From positions 186,001 through 250,000 of IMG/VR virus record IMGVR_UViG_3300041411_000129: a stretch of DNA of 64,000 bases, one strand, 5' to 3'. Of this stretch, positions 16,222 to 26,640 are shown in pieces. Position numbers and translations under genes: made by a program. Numbering within the stretch: position 1 is the first letter of the stretch; each line of letters starts with the position of its first letter. Below the pieces are notes generated by a model that was not told the origin of the DNA, made no database searches, and saw only the letters and a list, made by a program, of their open reading frames with translations.

Positions 16222-16452
16222 TTACTTCTTGAAGAGTGCATCATGGCGGGCCTGTAGATCGTTGAGGGCTAAACCACTACCGCACTGACCACAGTTACCA
16301 CGACAGGTATTACAAACAACTTCACCATCTACCGTAATGAAGTCCTGATACTTCATGTCGTTGTGGTATTGAAGCTTAGCCGTAGCCACCTCCGCTGTAT
16401 CACTTGGCGGGAAGAGTGACTTAGCCCACAGTTTGATTTTGTATGGAATCAT
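16222..16452 (-). CDS. Small Cys-cluster protein
   Basis: CNTCRGNCGQC. Confidence 0.65.
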   Translation of the reverse strand: MIPYKIKLWAKSLFPPSDTAEVATAKLQYHNDMKYQDFITVDGEVVCNTCRGNCGQCGSGLALNDLQARHDALFKK

Positions 16453-16652
16453 TTCAAGCACCGTTTGCACAGACAAACATCGCCAGCATCAGCAGCTTCT
16501 GGTTTCGACTCTCGTGTCACGGTCATGCACCAGCAAGTACTAGCAGACTTACCATCTGTCATAGCGCAGTATGCGGGTGCTTTGCACTCAGGGCAGGTGT
16601 GAGTGTTGGTTTGAGCTTTAAGTTGATCCAGAAGCTCCATGTGGACGCTCAT
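16449..16652 (-). CDS. Cysteine-rich CWC-family protein
   Basis: CPECKAPAYC...TCWCM...CLCKRC. Confidence 0.75.
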   Translation of the reverse strand: MSVHMELLDQLKAQTNTHTCPECKAPAYCAMTDGKSASTCWCMTVTRESKPEAADAGDVCLCKRCLK

Positions 16653-16707
16653 GCAGTATTTCTCTGTATAGGGAGTGAAAGGGAGACCCGAAGGTCTCCC
16701 AGTTAGA

Positions 16708-18951
16708 TCACTTGAAGATAACTTCGCAGGTATCGCCGTTGCAGGCGATGGCACCCATGGTGTCAACTTCGGTGTACGTTTGCTTCTTCAGCTCATCGGA
16801 GAAGTCGATAGGCTTCAGTGCGCGGGTGATGTTCTCCCACTTGTGAAGGTTATAGACATCCTTCAGGCAGAAGGTCATCAGCTCGATGTTGCCACCGAAG
16901 TAGTTGTTGGCAAACTTCTTGGCACGACGAACCCAGTCACGAGGCAGCAGGTGTTCGGAATTGTCGTCTTCGAAGGTCATGCCGAAACCTTGAGCAGTGT
17001 CGCACGCAGCCCAGAGGTTGTTGGCGAAAGCCTTCATGCCGTCAACGATCAGACCCGATGCAAACATTGCACCTTCGCCGTACTTGGTCATGATTTCCTG
17101 AGCAGTCAGGACTTCAGTGAACGGAGCCTGAGCGTAAGCCTTGTCACCGGCGCCTGCCATCAGACTGATACCAGCGAAGTACTGACGGTTGTCGAAGATG
17201 TACTGCTCGACCTCGGCCCATTCTTCGTCAGTGTTGCCGACAGAGATGGTATTCGAGATATTGTGGCGGATGCGTTTGTCGACCGACAGCGAATCGTCGC
17301 TACCGTGTTCGATCCAGTGTTGTTGCGCCAGCTTCACGTATTCCAGCTGTTTGACGCCCAGCAGGTCTTTCTTGAAGATAGCGGTTTCACTGGCCACGAT
17401 AGGGAACGATACAACCAGAGACTTGCCGGTTGGGTCCCAAACGGACTTGTCAACCATTTTCGGGTTATGTTCCAGGAACAGCGGCATTACGGTTTCCTGG
17501 TCAGTCATCTGCACGTTGCGGAAGTAGCGTGCGGAGTGAGCGCCGTGGATACCGGAGTCAGTGCCCAGCAGAACAGATGCGTTGCCAGAAGGCTTGGTAG
17601 TAGTCGCACGAGGAGCCGGGTTGATCCCGATCATCTTGGCGATCTTCTTGTTCCAAACCAGAACCAGCTCAGCGCCGGCCTTCATGTTCGCTTTGTCGAA
17701 CAGAACGTCAGGGCTGGTCATCCAGCCAGTGATGGAGCAGCCCAGGAGGGCTTCACGTTCGGTGATCTCACGGGTAGCATCACCGAGGTAGGTGAAGTTC
17801 GTGTAGCCGGCTTGCAGGGTGCCCAGGATGGCGCTGGCCTTGCACATGCGGAACAGGTTTTCTACCGTGGTGATCTGTGCGCCGTTGCCTTCAGTCAGGT
17901 TGCAGAACTGGAAGCCAGAACGACCATCTTTGGTGTAAGCACGCAGACCGATTTCAACGCAAGGGTTGAAGCCTTGTTCGGTGTCTTCAGCGAAGATGAA
18001 ACCAGGCTCGCCGAACTGACGTACCGACTTCATGATCGCAGCCCATTCATCACGGGTCAGATCTTTACGGATCAGCAGAGCGGAGTTGTTCGAACGACCA
18101 CGTTGCGGGTTGGCGTCGAACCAGTTACCGGTCTTGGCAGTCATCATCTCGATGTCATCTTTCGAGAAGATGCAGATGGTGGCAGCGCGACGGATACCGC
18201 CGGACAGAACAGCGTCAGCCATGTGCATGACGAAGTCATACGCGTGGATCGGCTTGAGGTTCAGTTCAAGATCAGGGTGAGCGATACCGTCCAGCAATTC
18301 ACGGCATTTCTCGATGGAGCGTTGCAGGCCGTCTGGACCTGGGGCTTTGAAGCCGCCGGAGATCAGGGCGCCGCGTGGGCGGATCTGCGAGTAGTCGAAG
18401 TGGACTTGCTTGCCCTGGTATTCAGGGAAGGTGCCACCATCGATGAAGTACGAAGACAGCAGCACGCCGAATGCGTCAGCCCAGCCTTCGATCGAATCAG
18501 GAATCTGGAAGACCTTGGCTTCGTCGCCAGAAGGTGCGGTGATCTTCGGCAACTTGGCGATGTGGTGCTTCTGTACAGAGAAGCCTACGCCGCAACCGGC
18601 CAGCAGCAGGTACATGGCGTGTTGGAAGAACTCAGCACGGTCGCAGTAACTGAACGAGCAGTTGTACATGCGAGCTTCGTGTTGGAAGATCTGTGGACCA
18701 CCGAATTGCAGAGCGCGCTGTGCGCCCAGTACTGCCTTGTCCTTGTAAGCCTGTTCAGCGAATGCAATCGCTTCTTCCAGCTCAGGAGTCATCTTGTCCG
18801 CGTATTTCTCGCGGTGCATGTTCATCACACGCTCTACAGCTTCTTCCCAGGTTTCATACCGCCCGTGCTGCTCAGACCAGCGCGAATACCCCATTACGAA
18901 CTTGGAGTCCGACAGCATGGCTTTGGCGATTGGTTGGAAATTGAAATCCAT
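16708..18951 (-). CDS. nrdJ: Class II (adenosylcobalamin-dependent) ribonucleotide reductase, monomeric RTPR type
   Basis: GCGVGFSV, VLSGGIRRAATI, FNPCVEI, FCNLTE, TTKPSGNAS, C-terminal CxxxxC; no nrdB nearby. Confidence 0.88.
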   Translation of the reverse strand: MDFNFQPIAKAMLSDSKFVMGYSRWSEQHGRYETWEEAVERVMNMHREKYADKMTPELEEAIAFAEQAYKDKAVLGAQRALQFGGPQIFQHEARMYNCSFSYCDRAEFFQHAMYLLLAGCGVGFSVQKHHIAKLPKITAPSGDEAKVFQIPDSIEGWADAFGVLLSSYFIDGGTFPEYQGKQVHFDYSQIRPRGALISGGFKAPGPDGLQRSIEKCRELLDGIAHPDLELNLKPIHAYDFVMHMADAVLSGGIRRAATICIFSKDDIEMMTAKTGNWFDANPQRGRSNNSALLIRKDLTRDEWAAIMKSVRQFGEPGFIFAEDTEQGFNPCVEIGLRAYTKDGRSGFQFCNLTEGNGAQITTVENLFRMCKASAILGTLQAGYTNFTYLGDATREITEREALLGCSITGWMTSPDVLFDKANMKAGAELVLVWNKKIAKMIGINPAPRATTTKPSGNASVLLGTDSGIHGAHSARYFRNVQMTDQETVMPLFLEHNPKMVDKSVWDPTGKSLVVSFPIVASETAIFKKDLLGVKQLEYVKLAQQHWIEHGSDDSLSVDKRIRHNISNTISVGNTDEEWAEVEQYIFDNRQYFAGISLMAGAGDKAYAQAPFTEVLTAQEIMTKYGEGAMFASGLIVDGMKAFANNLWAACDTAQGFGMTFEDDNSEHLLPRDWVRRAKKFANNYFGGNIELMTFCLKDVYNLHKWENITRALKPIDFSDELKKQTYTEVDTMGAIACNGDTCEVIFK

Positions 18952-19173
18952 TGTTTAGCTCCGATGCTCAATATGATGACGTGTAGTTAAGGTGAGTTGA
19001 TCCCTAATAGGACCTGTTCTTCGGGTTTATTTTTACGGGTGTTTTTCTTGTTGGCCTATACTATCTTTGACTCGATTTTATACGTTAAAAAGTTACCACG
19101 ATGGATGATTGTTATAGGCCTAAATTCCAATGGCTCTTTATTTCTTTTAATAGATCAGGGAGTATACAGATCC

Positions 19174-19848
19174 ATGAATACCGTAGAGAAACTATTACTC
19201 AAAGCACTGAACGACATCTCAGACTTCGAAGCCAGTACAGGTAACGGAATACCTTTCATCAAGAATATCATCGATAAAGTCACCATCGACTATCATAACG
19301 CTGTAATGGGGCGTAAAGACCCAATTCAATGGAACCCAGCAGAACCCCCTCAGGACGCACGTAACTGCAAGGATCATCCAGCAGTACGTAACACTGACTA
19401 CATGGAAGTTCATCACCTGACGGGTACGTCAGGTTGTTCTCCAAAGTATCCTCACTGGACGTGGCCGGTGCTTGGCGTTATTGAAAGCGGATCAAGCAAA
19501 CAACTGGTAGTTCCTGGCGATTGGATCTTCGAGCCAATAGAAGGTCAGTACGTCATAATCAGCGCGATTCAGTACAGCGCTATCTTCGGCGAACAACCTT
19601 CCCGGCTTCTGAACTGTACAGAACTTCATTGCGCCGCCACATGGCTGCGACACAAACACAATCTCGATAACGATAAGTACAGGTCGCAATTCGCTGAACT
19701 TGTCGAAGAGGTTGGTCTAAAGGGTGGCGATGAGCTCACTCCGAAACAACTGGAGTCCATTCTGATGAGGGGCTTCGCGGTTGATCGCGCTGACCTTATA
19801 GAGGCGTACGACGCTTACCTGAATTGGCCTGAACAGCAACGTAAATAA
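19174..19848 (+). CDS. Hypothetical protein
   Basis: AGGGAG SD before ATG 19174. Confidence 0.75.
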   Translation: MNTVEKLLLKALNDISDFEASTGNGIPFIKNIIDKVTIDYHNAVMGRKDPIQWNPAEPPQDARNCKDHPAVRNTDYMEVHHLTGTSGCSPKYPHWTWPVLGVIESGSSKQLVVPGDWIFEPIEGQYVIISAIQYSAIFGEQPSRLLNCTELHCAATWLRHKHNLDNDKYRSQFAELVEEVGLKGGDELTPKQLESILMRGFAVDRADLIEAYDAYLNWPEQQRK

Positions 19849-19909
19849 ACACAGACCTACATTACTAAATAGAGCAACATCCCTAAACCCCGTAACAAGG
19901 AAGCGTCAC

Positions 19910-20239
19910 ATGTCTAAATCGACAGTAGTTCCAGCAGAAGTATTGGCCAATCTGCAAACCGAAGAAGGTAAAGCAGGTGGTTTCTACGTCATCGCCCACC
20001 AAGGCGAAGATGTGATGACCGTGATCGTGAAAGACAACGTGCTGGTTCAGATTCCTCTCCACACTGGCGAAGAAGTTCAAGGTAATGGTTCCAACGCCTC
20101 TACCCCAACACCTCACCCGATCGGCACCAAAGTCTGGTTCAGCGCCGAAGGTAAACTGCTGGATGTTCAGATCCCTAGGTTCGCTCAGCCGAAAGCTTCG
20201 AAAGCCCAAGGCTGCGACACCCCGCGTAAGCAGGCCTAA
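19910..20239 (+). CDS. Hypothetical protein
   Basis: AAGGAAG SD; flanked by promoter motif and terminator. Confidence 0.8.
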   Translation: MSKSTVVPAEVLANLQTEEGKAGGFYVIAHQGEDVMTVIVKDNVLVQIPLHTGEEVQGNGSNASTPTPHPIGTKVWFSAEGKLLDVQIPRFAQPKASKAQGCDTPRKQA

Positions 20240-20307
20240 GCAATAGTACATGGCAGGGGTCATTCCCTGCCATGTATGCCCTTTATTTTTGACATGAGGA
20301 GGATGTG

Positions 20308-20835
20308 ATGTCCGTAGTAATTTATTCAGATGGTGTCTTAGGCGCCGATCGTCGGTGTGTTATCGCTGGCGGTAGTTGGAACGTTTCTCAGCAACCAATG
20401 CAGAAAGTACACACTCATAGCTCGAAGACTTTCGCTATGGCCTCCGCTGGCCACATCCCTGGTCCTCGTGGCATGAAGATCATCATGGATACGATCCATG
20501 GGATGCTGCTTCGGTTCTTCTTGGAGGAATCCCAAGAGTCGATGGAGATGACGCCAGATATCAAGGCCAAACTCTTCTCGGAAACCCGCACCAGTATCTT
20601 CGTCATGACGAAGACTGATGTCTGGCTCTTCCACAGAGATCAGCCGACGTGGATTGAGATCACTCACCACAATTACTACTCAGGTAATGGTTCTCCTGCG
20701 GCGGCTGTATGTATCGCTGCTGGCCTGACCGTCATCCAAGCGCTTAACGAAATCCCTTACGTCTCTGCTGAAGTTGGGGATGGATACGATACCGTTAAAG
20801 CAACCGCCCTCAAACTGATGCAAGTGGAGAAGTAA
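20308..20835 (+). CDS. Putative Ntn-hydrolase/HslV-like protein
   Basis: N-terminus (M)SVVIYSDGVLGADRR; late GNGS..A motif. Confidence 0.45.
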   Translation: MSVVIYSDGVLGADRRCVIAGGSWNVSQQPMQKVHTHSSKTFAMASAGHIPGPRGMKIIMDTIHGMLLRFFLEESQESMEMTPDIKAKLFSETRTSIFVMTKTDVWLFHRDQPTWIEITHHNYYSGNGSPAAAVCIAAGLTVIQALNEIPYVSAEVGDGYDTVKATALKLMQVEK

Positions 20836-20836
20836 C

Positions 20837-21409
20837 GTGGCTAACGTCTGCGCTATCTACAATGATGAGTTGTACGTTGCCACAACTCTCAAGAAACCAA
20901 ACGGCCTTCTTGCCACCTTCCCGCTTGAAAGTCTGTACTGCCGCTACGGCATGATCCTACCTACCGAGTATCTGTCGCTGAACTTGATCGACGTTCTCAA
21001 CGGTACGACTAGTCATCACTTCAGCGGTGACGTTGCCATCCTCGGCTGCCTGCTCACGCATGAAGGTGTTGTCTACGAGTACTACCTCGGTAACCTCACC
21101 CACAATGACGTCGGTGATAGCAGTATCAGGATGCGCCGTATTCCGACTGGTGAGGGTGTTCGCTTCGTTAAGTCCAACGGTGCGCGTACGGAAGAGCAAG
21201 TGCAGATGTTGATGCGCCTACTCGACATCGGCAAGATCAAGTCAATGCTCCATGGCTTTGAAATCCTCCACAAGGCTTCTCCAGGCCATTCACCTGAAAT
21301 GAATAAGCTGAACGTCAAGGCCGTTATGGCGGAGCTGGTCGCAAAAGGCTTCACTGATCCGATCCCATCCACTATTGTCTTCCACGACATCATGACTCCA
21401 AAGGAATAA
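20837..21409 (+). CDS. Hypothetical protein, possible paralog of the preceding gene
   Basis: Similar N-terminal beta-strand pattern. Confidence 0.65.
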   Translation: MANVCAIYNDELYVATTLKKPNGLLATFPLESLYCRYGMILPTEYLSLNLIDVLNGTTSHHFSGDVAILGCLLTHEGVVYEYYLGNLTHNDVGDSSIRMRRIPTGEGVRFVKSNGARTEEQVQMLMRLLDIGKIKSMLHGFEILHKASPGHSPEMNKLNVKAVMAELVAKGFTDPIPSTIVFHDIMTPKE

Positions 21410-21412
21410 AGC

Positions 21413-22261
21413 ATGCTCTGCTGCTACCACGCCCACTGTGTTGATGGTTTGGTAAGTGCTTGGGTAGTATCCAAGTTCGCTACCAAAGAAAAGATCGAAG
21501 ACATTCGTTACGTGCCATGCGTTTATAACGATGGCGTTGTTCCTGAAGTGATCAAGGGCGAGACTGTCCTGATCGTTGACTTCTCTTTCGATCCTGAAGT
21601 TCTGGTCGAGATGTGTAAGGTTGCCAGGGCTGTGGTTCTGATTGACCATCACGAATCGGCCATCCGGAAGATCTGGGCGTACTTCGACAATCATCCGATC
21701 CCACGTAATCTGGATTTGCGGCTGAACGAGAAACTGTCTGGCGCAGGTGGTACATGGAACTTCCTATTCCCAAGCGCTGCGATGCCGGTCATGGTGGCTG
21801 TTGCTCAGGACTACGATCTGTGGTTGTTCAACTACCCACATACCCGCGCAGTCATGGCCGGTATCAAGGGTAAACCTCAGACCTTCGAAACACTGGATTG
21901 GGTAAGTCACAATCTGGACGACTGTATCGCTCTGGGTCAACCTCTCGTAGATAAAGAAGACGAGATGATTGCGACCCACGTCCGTGATGCGGTCATGGTG
22001 GAGTTCGAGGGTTACACCGTCCCTATGGCCAACGTACCTCGCTACATCCACAGCCTGGCTGGTCACGAGTTGGCTAAGAACAATCCATTCTGCATCACGT
22101 ACTTCGATAACGGTACTGTACGTGAGTTCAGTCTGCGCTCCAATCGCGAAACCGGCCTGATCGTCAATACCCTCGCCGAGAAGTACGGTGGCGGTGGACA
22201 CCCCCACGCTGCTGGCTTCCGTGTACCTCTCCCTAACCCGCTTGAAGGAATTAAAGCATGA
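21413..22261 (+). CDS. DHH/DHHA1 phosphoesterase (NrnA/NrnB-like)
   Basis: YHAHCVDG, IVDFS, IDHH, GGGHPHAAGF. Confidence 0.9.
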   Translation: MLCCYHAHCVDGLVSAWVVSKFATKEKIEDIRYVPCVYNDGVVPEVIKGETVLIVDFSFDPEVLVEMCKVARAVVLIDHHESAIRKIWAYFDNHPIPRNLDLRLNEKLSGAGGTWNFLFPSAAMPVMVAVAQDYDLWLFNYPHTRAVMAGIKGKPQTFETLDWVSHNLDDCIALGQPLVDKEDEMIATHVRDAVMVEFEGYTVPMANVPRYIHSLAGHELAKNNPFCITYFDNGTVREFSLRSNRETGLIVNTLAEKYGGGGHPHAAGFRVPLPNPLEGIKA

Positions 22262-22908
22262 GTGAAGTTACAACCTCCCTGCCAACGAAACTTCCTCGCA
22301 TCGACCTCACTTGCGAGAATAATGAAGACATCCAGTTCGTCGGTAAGATTGCGCGGCATAAAGACGGGTACATCACCCAGACGATGGAAGAACTGATCAG
22401 GGATGTTTACTACGACGTCTATCCGCAGAGTGGTCAGCCGGCAATTCTCGGCGTAATCAGCGTCAGCAGTGACTACATCGATCTCCCAGAAGATCCAATG
22501 ATCGAAGTAGTCATCGAAACCCTGCGTGGTACTGCGCTGGACTACGCGGTTGCTGAAGCGTTGGAATGGATAGCTCCTCGTGCAGAAGGCGGTAAACTCA
22601 CCTTCACCAGCGGTGCGGTGTACGAGGACAAGTCCTACGGTGAGAAGTTTGCCCCATCCTGCTCCGATTCCATCACATCGTACTTCATCAACAAGCATCA
22701 GTTGAGCGTAACGTGGGTGCCTATCGATCGTGGGAATGAGGCTGGTAAAAAGGTTCCTCTCATTGGTGTGCGGGAGCAGTCCACACACCACGGCGCTACC
22801 GGCGATACGTTACCGGAAGCTGTAGCGCGTTACATAGTGAAGTCAGCTACTCCACGTCCATACGTGTCCATCCCGTACTCTCTACTCGGCCACATCGACG
22901 CTGAGTAA
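22258..22908 (+). CDS. NinX/DUF2591-like protein
   Basis: LRGTALDYAVA...FAPS...GDTLPEAVARYIV...VSIP. Confidence 0.6.
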   Translation: MSEVTTSLPTKLPRIDLTCENNEDIQFVGKIARHKDGYITQTMEELIRDVYYDVYPQSGQPAILGVISVSSDYIDLPEDPMIEVVIETLRGTALDYAVAEALEWIAPRAEGGKLTFTSGAVYEDKSYGEKFAPSCSDSITSYFINKHQLSVTWVPIDRGNEAGKKVPLIGVREQSTHHGATGDTLPEAVARYIVKSATPRPYVSIPYSLLGHIDAE

Positions 22909-22973
22909 GTAATAACCCAGGACAGTTATCATGTGCTAACTGTCCTGATTGTCCTCAACATGGGAAAGTAAAT

Positions 22974-24137
22974 ATGTCTTTGGTAATTGCTGACGAAGGT
23001 CCGTTCATCAAGGTTGATCACATCAACTTCAAGAATCGCATCGAGAAGATTCCTGGTGGCGTTTACAAGGTTGGTGTCGTTGACGAAGAGCCGGTCCTGG
23101 TAAAGGATCGCGAGAAGTTCGATCTTCCGAAACGCATCTACGGTAAACACGAAGCTTACAAGAACGCTGTAGTTCGTAAGTTCCGTGAAACCAAAGGTAC
23201 GCTCGGCGTACTGATGGACGGCCTGAAGGGTACTGGTAAGTCGTTGCTGGCTGAAGGTATCTGCAACAAGCTGATCGAAACCGACATGCCGATCCTGCTG
23301 GTATCGGACTCCGTCTCGCCGTCGTTGCTCAAGCACTTCATCGAAGCGATGGGTCCATGCGCGATCTACTTCGACGAGTTCGGCAAGTTCTACAAGGAAG
23401 AAGCTCGTGACAAGATGCTCACGCTCTTTTCCGACTCCAGCCTGAAGCAAGTCATGTTCATCGTGACATCGAACCACACCGGCGAACTGACGGACGCCAT
23501 GGTTCACCGTCCTGGCCGTTTCTTCTACAAGTTCAACTACAAAGGCTTGGAAGAAGAAGAGATCCTCGAGATCATCGAAGACAACAAGATCGAACCCGCG
23601 GTCTTGGCGTACATGCTCGACTACTGCAAGTATCACCAGTGCAGCTTCGACGTGGTGCGTGTCTTGATCGGTTGCGCATTCAACATGCCGACTGTCGAGA
23701 AATACATCGAGGAACTGAAGATCCACAACGTTCCTAACCAGGTATACACGCAGTACCGTGTATCTGAAGTGATGTACAAGGGTGATAAGTTCGAAGGCGA
23801 CATCACTGTCTCCGAAGAGAACGGTATCCTGAAGATCGCTCTGCGTGACAAACTCACGACGGACGTGATCGAAGAATGCACCTTCGAATGGACCAAGGCT
23901 GATAAGGTTCCACTCGGCAAGGGCGGTACTGAATATCGCATCAAGCTGTCCGACACATTGACCGTCAAGATTGATCGTACTGTATCGAGTTGGAAAGCCA
24001 ATGGCGTCGTACTGGATCTGCCGATGAGCTTCGAGAAAGGTGCTGGTCGCGGTTTAAAGCGCCAACGCCGCCGTGGCTTCGGCGAAGGCGATTACCCCCA
24101 GGGTCATCCTCTTCACGATGGTGACGATGACTGCTAA
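22974..24137 (+). CDS. AAA+ ATPase
   Basis: GLKGTGKS, IYFDEFGK, IVTSN, HRPGRF. Confidence 0.9.
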   Translation: MSLVIADEGPFIKVDHINFKNRIEKIPGGVYKVGVVDEEPVLVKDREKFDLPKRIYGKHEAYKNAVVRKFRETKGTLGVLMDGLKGTGKSLLAEGICNKLIETDMPILLVSDSVSPSLLKHFIEAMGPCAIYFDEFGKFYKEEARDKMLTLFSDSSLKQVMFIVTSNHTGELTDAMVHRPGRFFYKFNYKGLEEEEILEIIEDNKIEPAVLAYMLDYCKYHQCSFDVVRVLIGCAFNMPTVEKYIEELKIHNVPNQVYTQYRVSEVMYKGDKFEGDITVSEENGILKIALRDKLTTDVIEECTFEWTKADKVPLGKGGTEYRIKLSDTLTVKIDRTVSSWKANGVVLDLPMSFEKGAGRGLKRQRRRGFGEGDYPQGHPLHDGDDDC

Positions 24138-24240
24138 GTAATAGCCGGGACTTCGGTCCCGGCTATATGCCGCATTGCAATTAATTAAAGCCACACATTG
24201 TAAACTCGCTATACTCCCATCCACCAACGAGGGTCGTAAA

Positions 24241-24648
24241 ATGAGCGGCTCGAGAAACACCAGTATACTGGATAAGGCAGAAGATGCAGTAGTCTATCTT
24301 TACAAGTTGTTCAATTACGCAACCCACCCTCGACGTAAAGTAGTTGTAGTTGTAGAGCAACCTCGGGCGAAACCTGAAGTACGCCCAACGCCACCACCAG
24401 ACGTGGAGCAATCTGAAAATGAACGCAATGGTTCGGATAGTGGCACGCGCCATGAACGCCGAAGGGAGGACATACGACGCCGAAGGGAGAAAAATATCCA
24501 AGAGCATCGTGCGCACATACGCGCACTTCGCGAAGAAAGGGAAGACCTTCTTAAATACGGCGTTGAAATTGACCGCCTTCTGCACGACCAAGAAACAGAA
24601 CTAAAACAAGAGGGTCACGATGTTAACAATCTTGACCTTAAAGATTAA
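24241..24648 (+). CDS. Charged coiled-coil protein
   Basis: R/E-rich C-terminal helix. Confidence 0.7.
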   Translation: MSGSRNTSILDKAEDAVVYLYKLFNYATHPRRKVVVVVEQPRAKPEVRPTPPPDVEQSENERNGSDSGTRHERRREDIRRRREKNIQEHRAHIRALREEREDLLKYGVEIDRLLHDQETELKQEGHDVNNLDLKD

Positions 24649-24671
24649 CCGACGAAGTAAGGGGTAGTTAC

Positions 24672-24998
24672 ATGTCGATCGCAAGCGTCATTACCAAGGT
24701 TGGAGCAATCGCCACTGTAGGAGCTGGTGGCTATTGGCTGTATAAGAAACTTCGTGCGGCTTCATCCGAGATCTCGGCGGAAGAGCGTCTGCGTGAGCTC
24801 AACGAAGAGCTTAACAAAAGCTGGAAGATTTTGAGCAGCTGTGCCAAAGCCGCCTCGAAGGAGTCGGTAAAGGGAGATTGGCTGACGGAATACGACCACC
24901 TTCGCGACCGCATGACCGGCCCACGGGATAACTATCAAGTAGTTGCCCAGCTCCTCAACGACATCAATCTACTCGTAGAGCGTGTCGTTAGCCTGTAA
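24672..24998 (+). CDS. N-terminally anchored coiled-coil protein
   Basis: VGAIATVGAGGYWLYKK TM, then helix. Confidence 0.75.
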   Translation: MSIASVITKVGAIATVGAGGYWLYKKLRAASSEISAEERLRELNEELNKSWKILSSCAKAASKESVKGDWLTEYDHLRDRMTGPRDNYQVVAQLLNDINLLVERVVSL

Positions 24999-25049
24999 AC
25001 AAACATAACGGCGGGGTTTCTCCCCGCCCACTTCTAAGTAAGGATACAC

Positions 25050-25415
25050 ATGAAATACCTAACAGCACTCGCGCTCGTTCTCTTCGCATCCGCAGCAACC
25101 GCAACTGAAAACCCATTCTCCAACGGTGATGAAACCTCCCAACACGAAATCACCGAGAACACCTGCAAAATGCTGGAAGCGATTGGTCGATCTGCTGTTG
25201 ATGCTAAATCCAAAGGGGTTATCGAATCAACGGTAATCGCCGGGCTCATCAAACCAAGACACATGGAGTCCCCGGCATTCCGGGCTATGTTCCCGGAGAT
25301 CATTACGATGGTCCACGAGATCTACGAAATGGATGGTGACGCTAACCCTATCTCAGATGTTCACTTTGCGGACTGTGAGAAAAGTGTTGGCCGATTTCTT
25401 ATTTACTACAACTGA
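25050..25415 (+). CDS. Secreted hypothetical protein
   Basis: Signal peptide MKYLTALALVLFASAATA. Confidence 0.8.
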   Translation: MKYLTALALVLFASAATATENPFSNGDETSQHEITENTCKMLEAIGRSAVDAKSKGVIESTVIAGLIKPRHMESPAFRAMFPEIITMVHEIYEMDGDANPISDVHFADCEKSVGRFLIYYN

Positions 25416-25427
25416 AGGAATACAGTA

Positions 25428-25877
25428 ATGCTCAAAGGTCCTATCGTACAGAAAGAAGTACTTGCCGGTAGCACGGCGTTGAAAGTCTGCTCCAGCGTCG
25501 CTAAGTCTGGTGCTTTGGCCCAGTCCATCTGCGCACTGGATAACTCCAAGATCGGGACGAAGTTCTCTTTCGTCTATGATAAGCCGTTCAAGAAAGGCGA
25601 GACAGGTATCATCATCGCCACAAGTCGTGGATGGATCGCACTCTCAATGCAGCAGGAGATCCTCGGCATTTCCACTAACTGGTCAGGTACAGACCTCTTC
25701 TTGAATGAAGAGTTCACCGATCAGTTCAAAGATGTCATCATGGTCGGCCTCCCATCAATCACAATGGCTAAGCTCATGGACTTGTCCACCGAAGATGCCC
25801 CTAAGGCTATCCGGATCTGGAAGTCCATCGCAATCGCCGTTCACGAAGGCATCACAGCCTTTACGGAAATCGAATGA
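25428..25877 (+). CDS. Hypothetical protein
   Basis: AAGGA SD. Confidence 0.8.
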   Translation: MLKGPIVQKEVLAGSTALKVCSSVAKSGALAQSICALDNSKIGTKFSFVYDKPFKKGETGIIIATSRGWIALSMQQEILGISTNWSGTDLFLNEEFTDQFKDVIMVGLPSITMAKLMDLSTEDAPKAIRIWKSIAIAVHEGITAFTEIE

Positions 25878-26016
25878 TTTATAATACGCTACGGAGGGTA
25901 ACACCTCCGTAGCCCTCATTCTTTTTTTTTGGTTAAAAAGATACAGGCAGTATAAATATTTTAGGCAACACATTACAGACTTGATACACATCCCTTAATC
26001 AATTGGAGTTACATCG

Positions 26017-26322
26017 ATGTCCAAGCCTGAAGTTACTAACGTCTACGAGATCAACAGCATCGAAGAACTGGCTGGTCTGATCACCAAGGTTAATACCGTG
26101 GTACAAGACAAGGGCGGCGTTATCGAAACCACCATCACTATCGGTGGTGAAGAGTTCATGGCCCGTTCCGAGAACTACCAGAAGACCGGCGAAACCGGCG
26201 AAGTTCTTGCACGTATCTGCGAGAACATGAAAGACGCACTGACCGCTGCCCTTGACGCTATCGTCAAAGACGGCGAAGTGTACATCGAAGGCGTGCAGTT
26301 GGTCTTCGTCGGGGAGATGTAA
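26017..26322 (+). CDS. Hypothetical protein
   Basis: GGAG SD; downstream of promoter motif. Confidence 0.8.
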   Translation: MSKPEVTNVYEINSIEELAGLITKVNTVVQDKGGVIETTITIGGEEFMARSENYQKTGETGEVLARICENMKDALTAALDAIVKDGEVYIEGVQLVFVGEM

Positions 26323-26325
26323 GTA

Positions 26326-26505
26326 ATGGGGGAGTTGATAGCCTTTGGTATTATCACCTACCTCCTAGCTCTGGTTCAAGGATTCCTGATTGATCTGCGA
26401 CCTGTTCGCCGCACCTATTACGAGCCCAAGAATCGGAGACCCCTCCCAACCAAAGTTCCGACTGCTCCGCCTCCGATACCGAGGAGATGTAAATGTGCTG
26501 GTTAA
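26326..26505 (+). CDS. 59-aa membrane protein with Pro-rich tail
   Basis: TM N-terminus; not in ORF track. Confidence 0.5.
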   Translation: MGELIAFGIITYLLALVQGFLIDLRPVRRTYYEPKNRRPLPTKVPTAPPPIPRRCKCAG

Positions 26506-26603
26506 CCCCAGAACTTGTAACGGCGTTCAAACCAATTGCCTGGGCGTTCGCACTATCCATCGTCGGTTTCGGCGTGGCTAAGTACGGACACCACTGGCTG
26601 TAA
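26493..26603 (+). CDS. 36-aa membrane peptide
   Basis: GAGGAG SD; IAWAFALSIVGFGVAKY. Confidence 0.5.
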   Translation: MCWLTPELVTAFKPIAWAFALSIVGFGVAKYGHHWL

Positions 26604-26640
26604 ACAATAAACCCCGCAACATCCATTAGTGAGTGTAATA

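Noticed and set aside
16675-18990. 771-aa plus-strand ORF antisense to nrdJ (similar shadow ORFs at 27567-29081, 51285-52496, 1862-2896, 31512-32603, 42341-43321)
   Set aside because: Antisense shadows caused by C/G-ending codon bias; no SD or motifs, and they overlap well-supported genes.
18952-19173. Cobalamin riboswitch upstream of nrdJ
   Set aside because: AT-rich with no B12-box motifs; only an 8-bp GGCCTATA/TATAGGCC inverted repeat.
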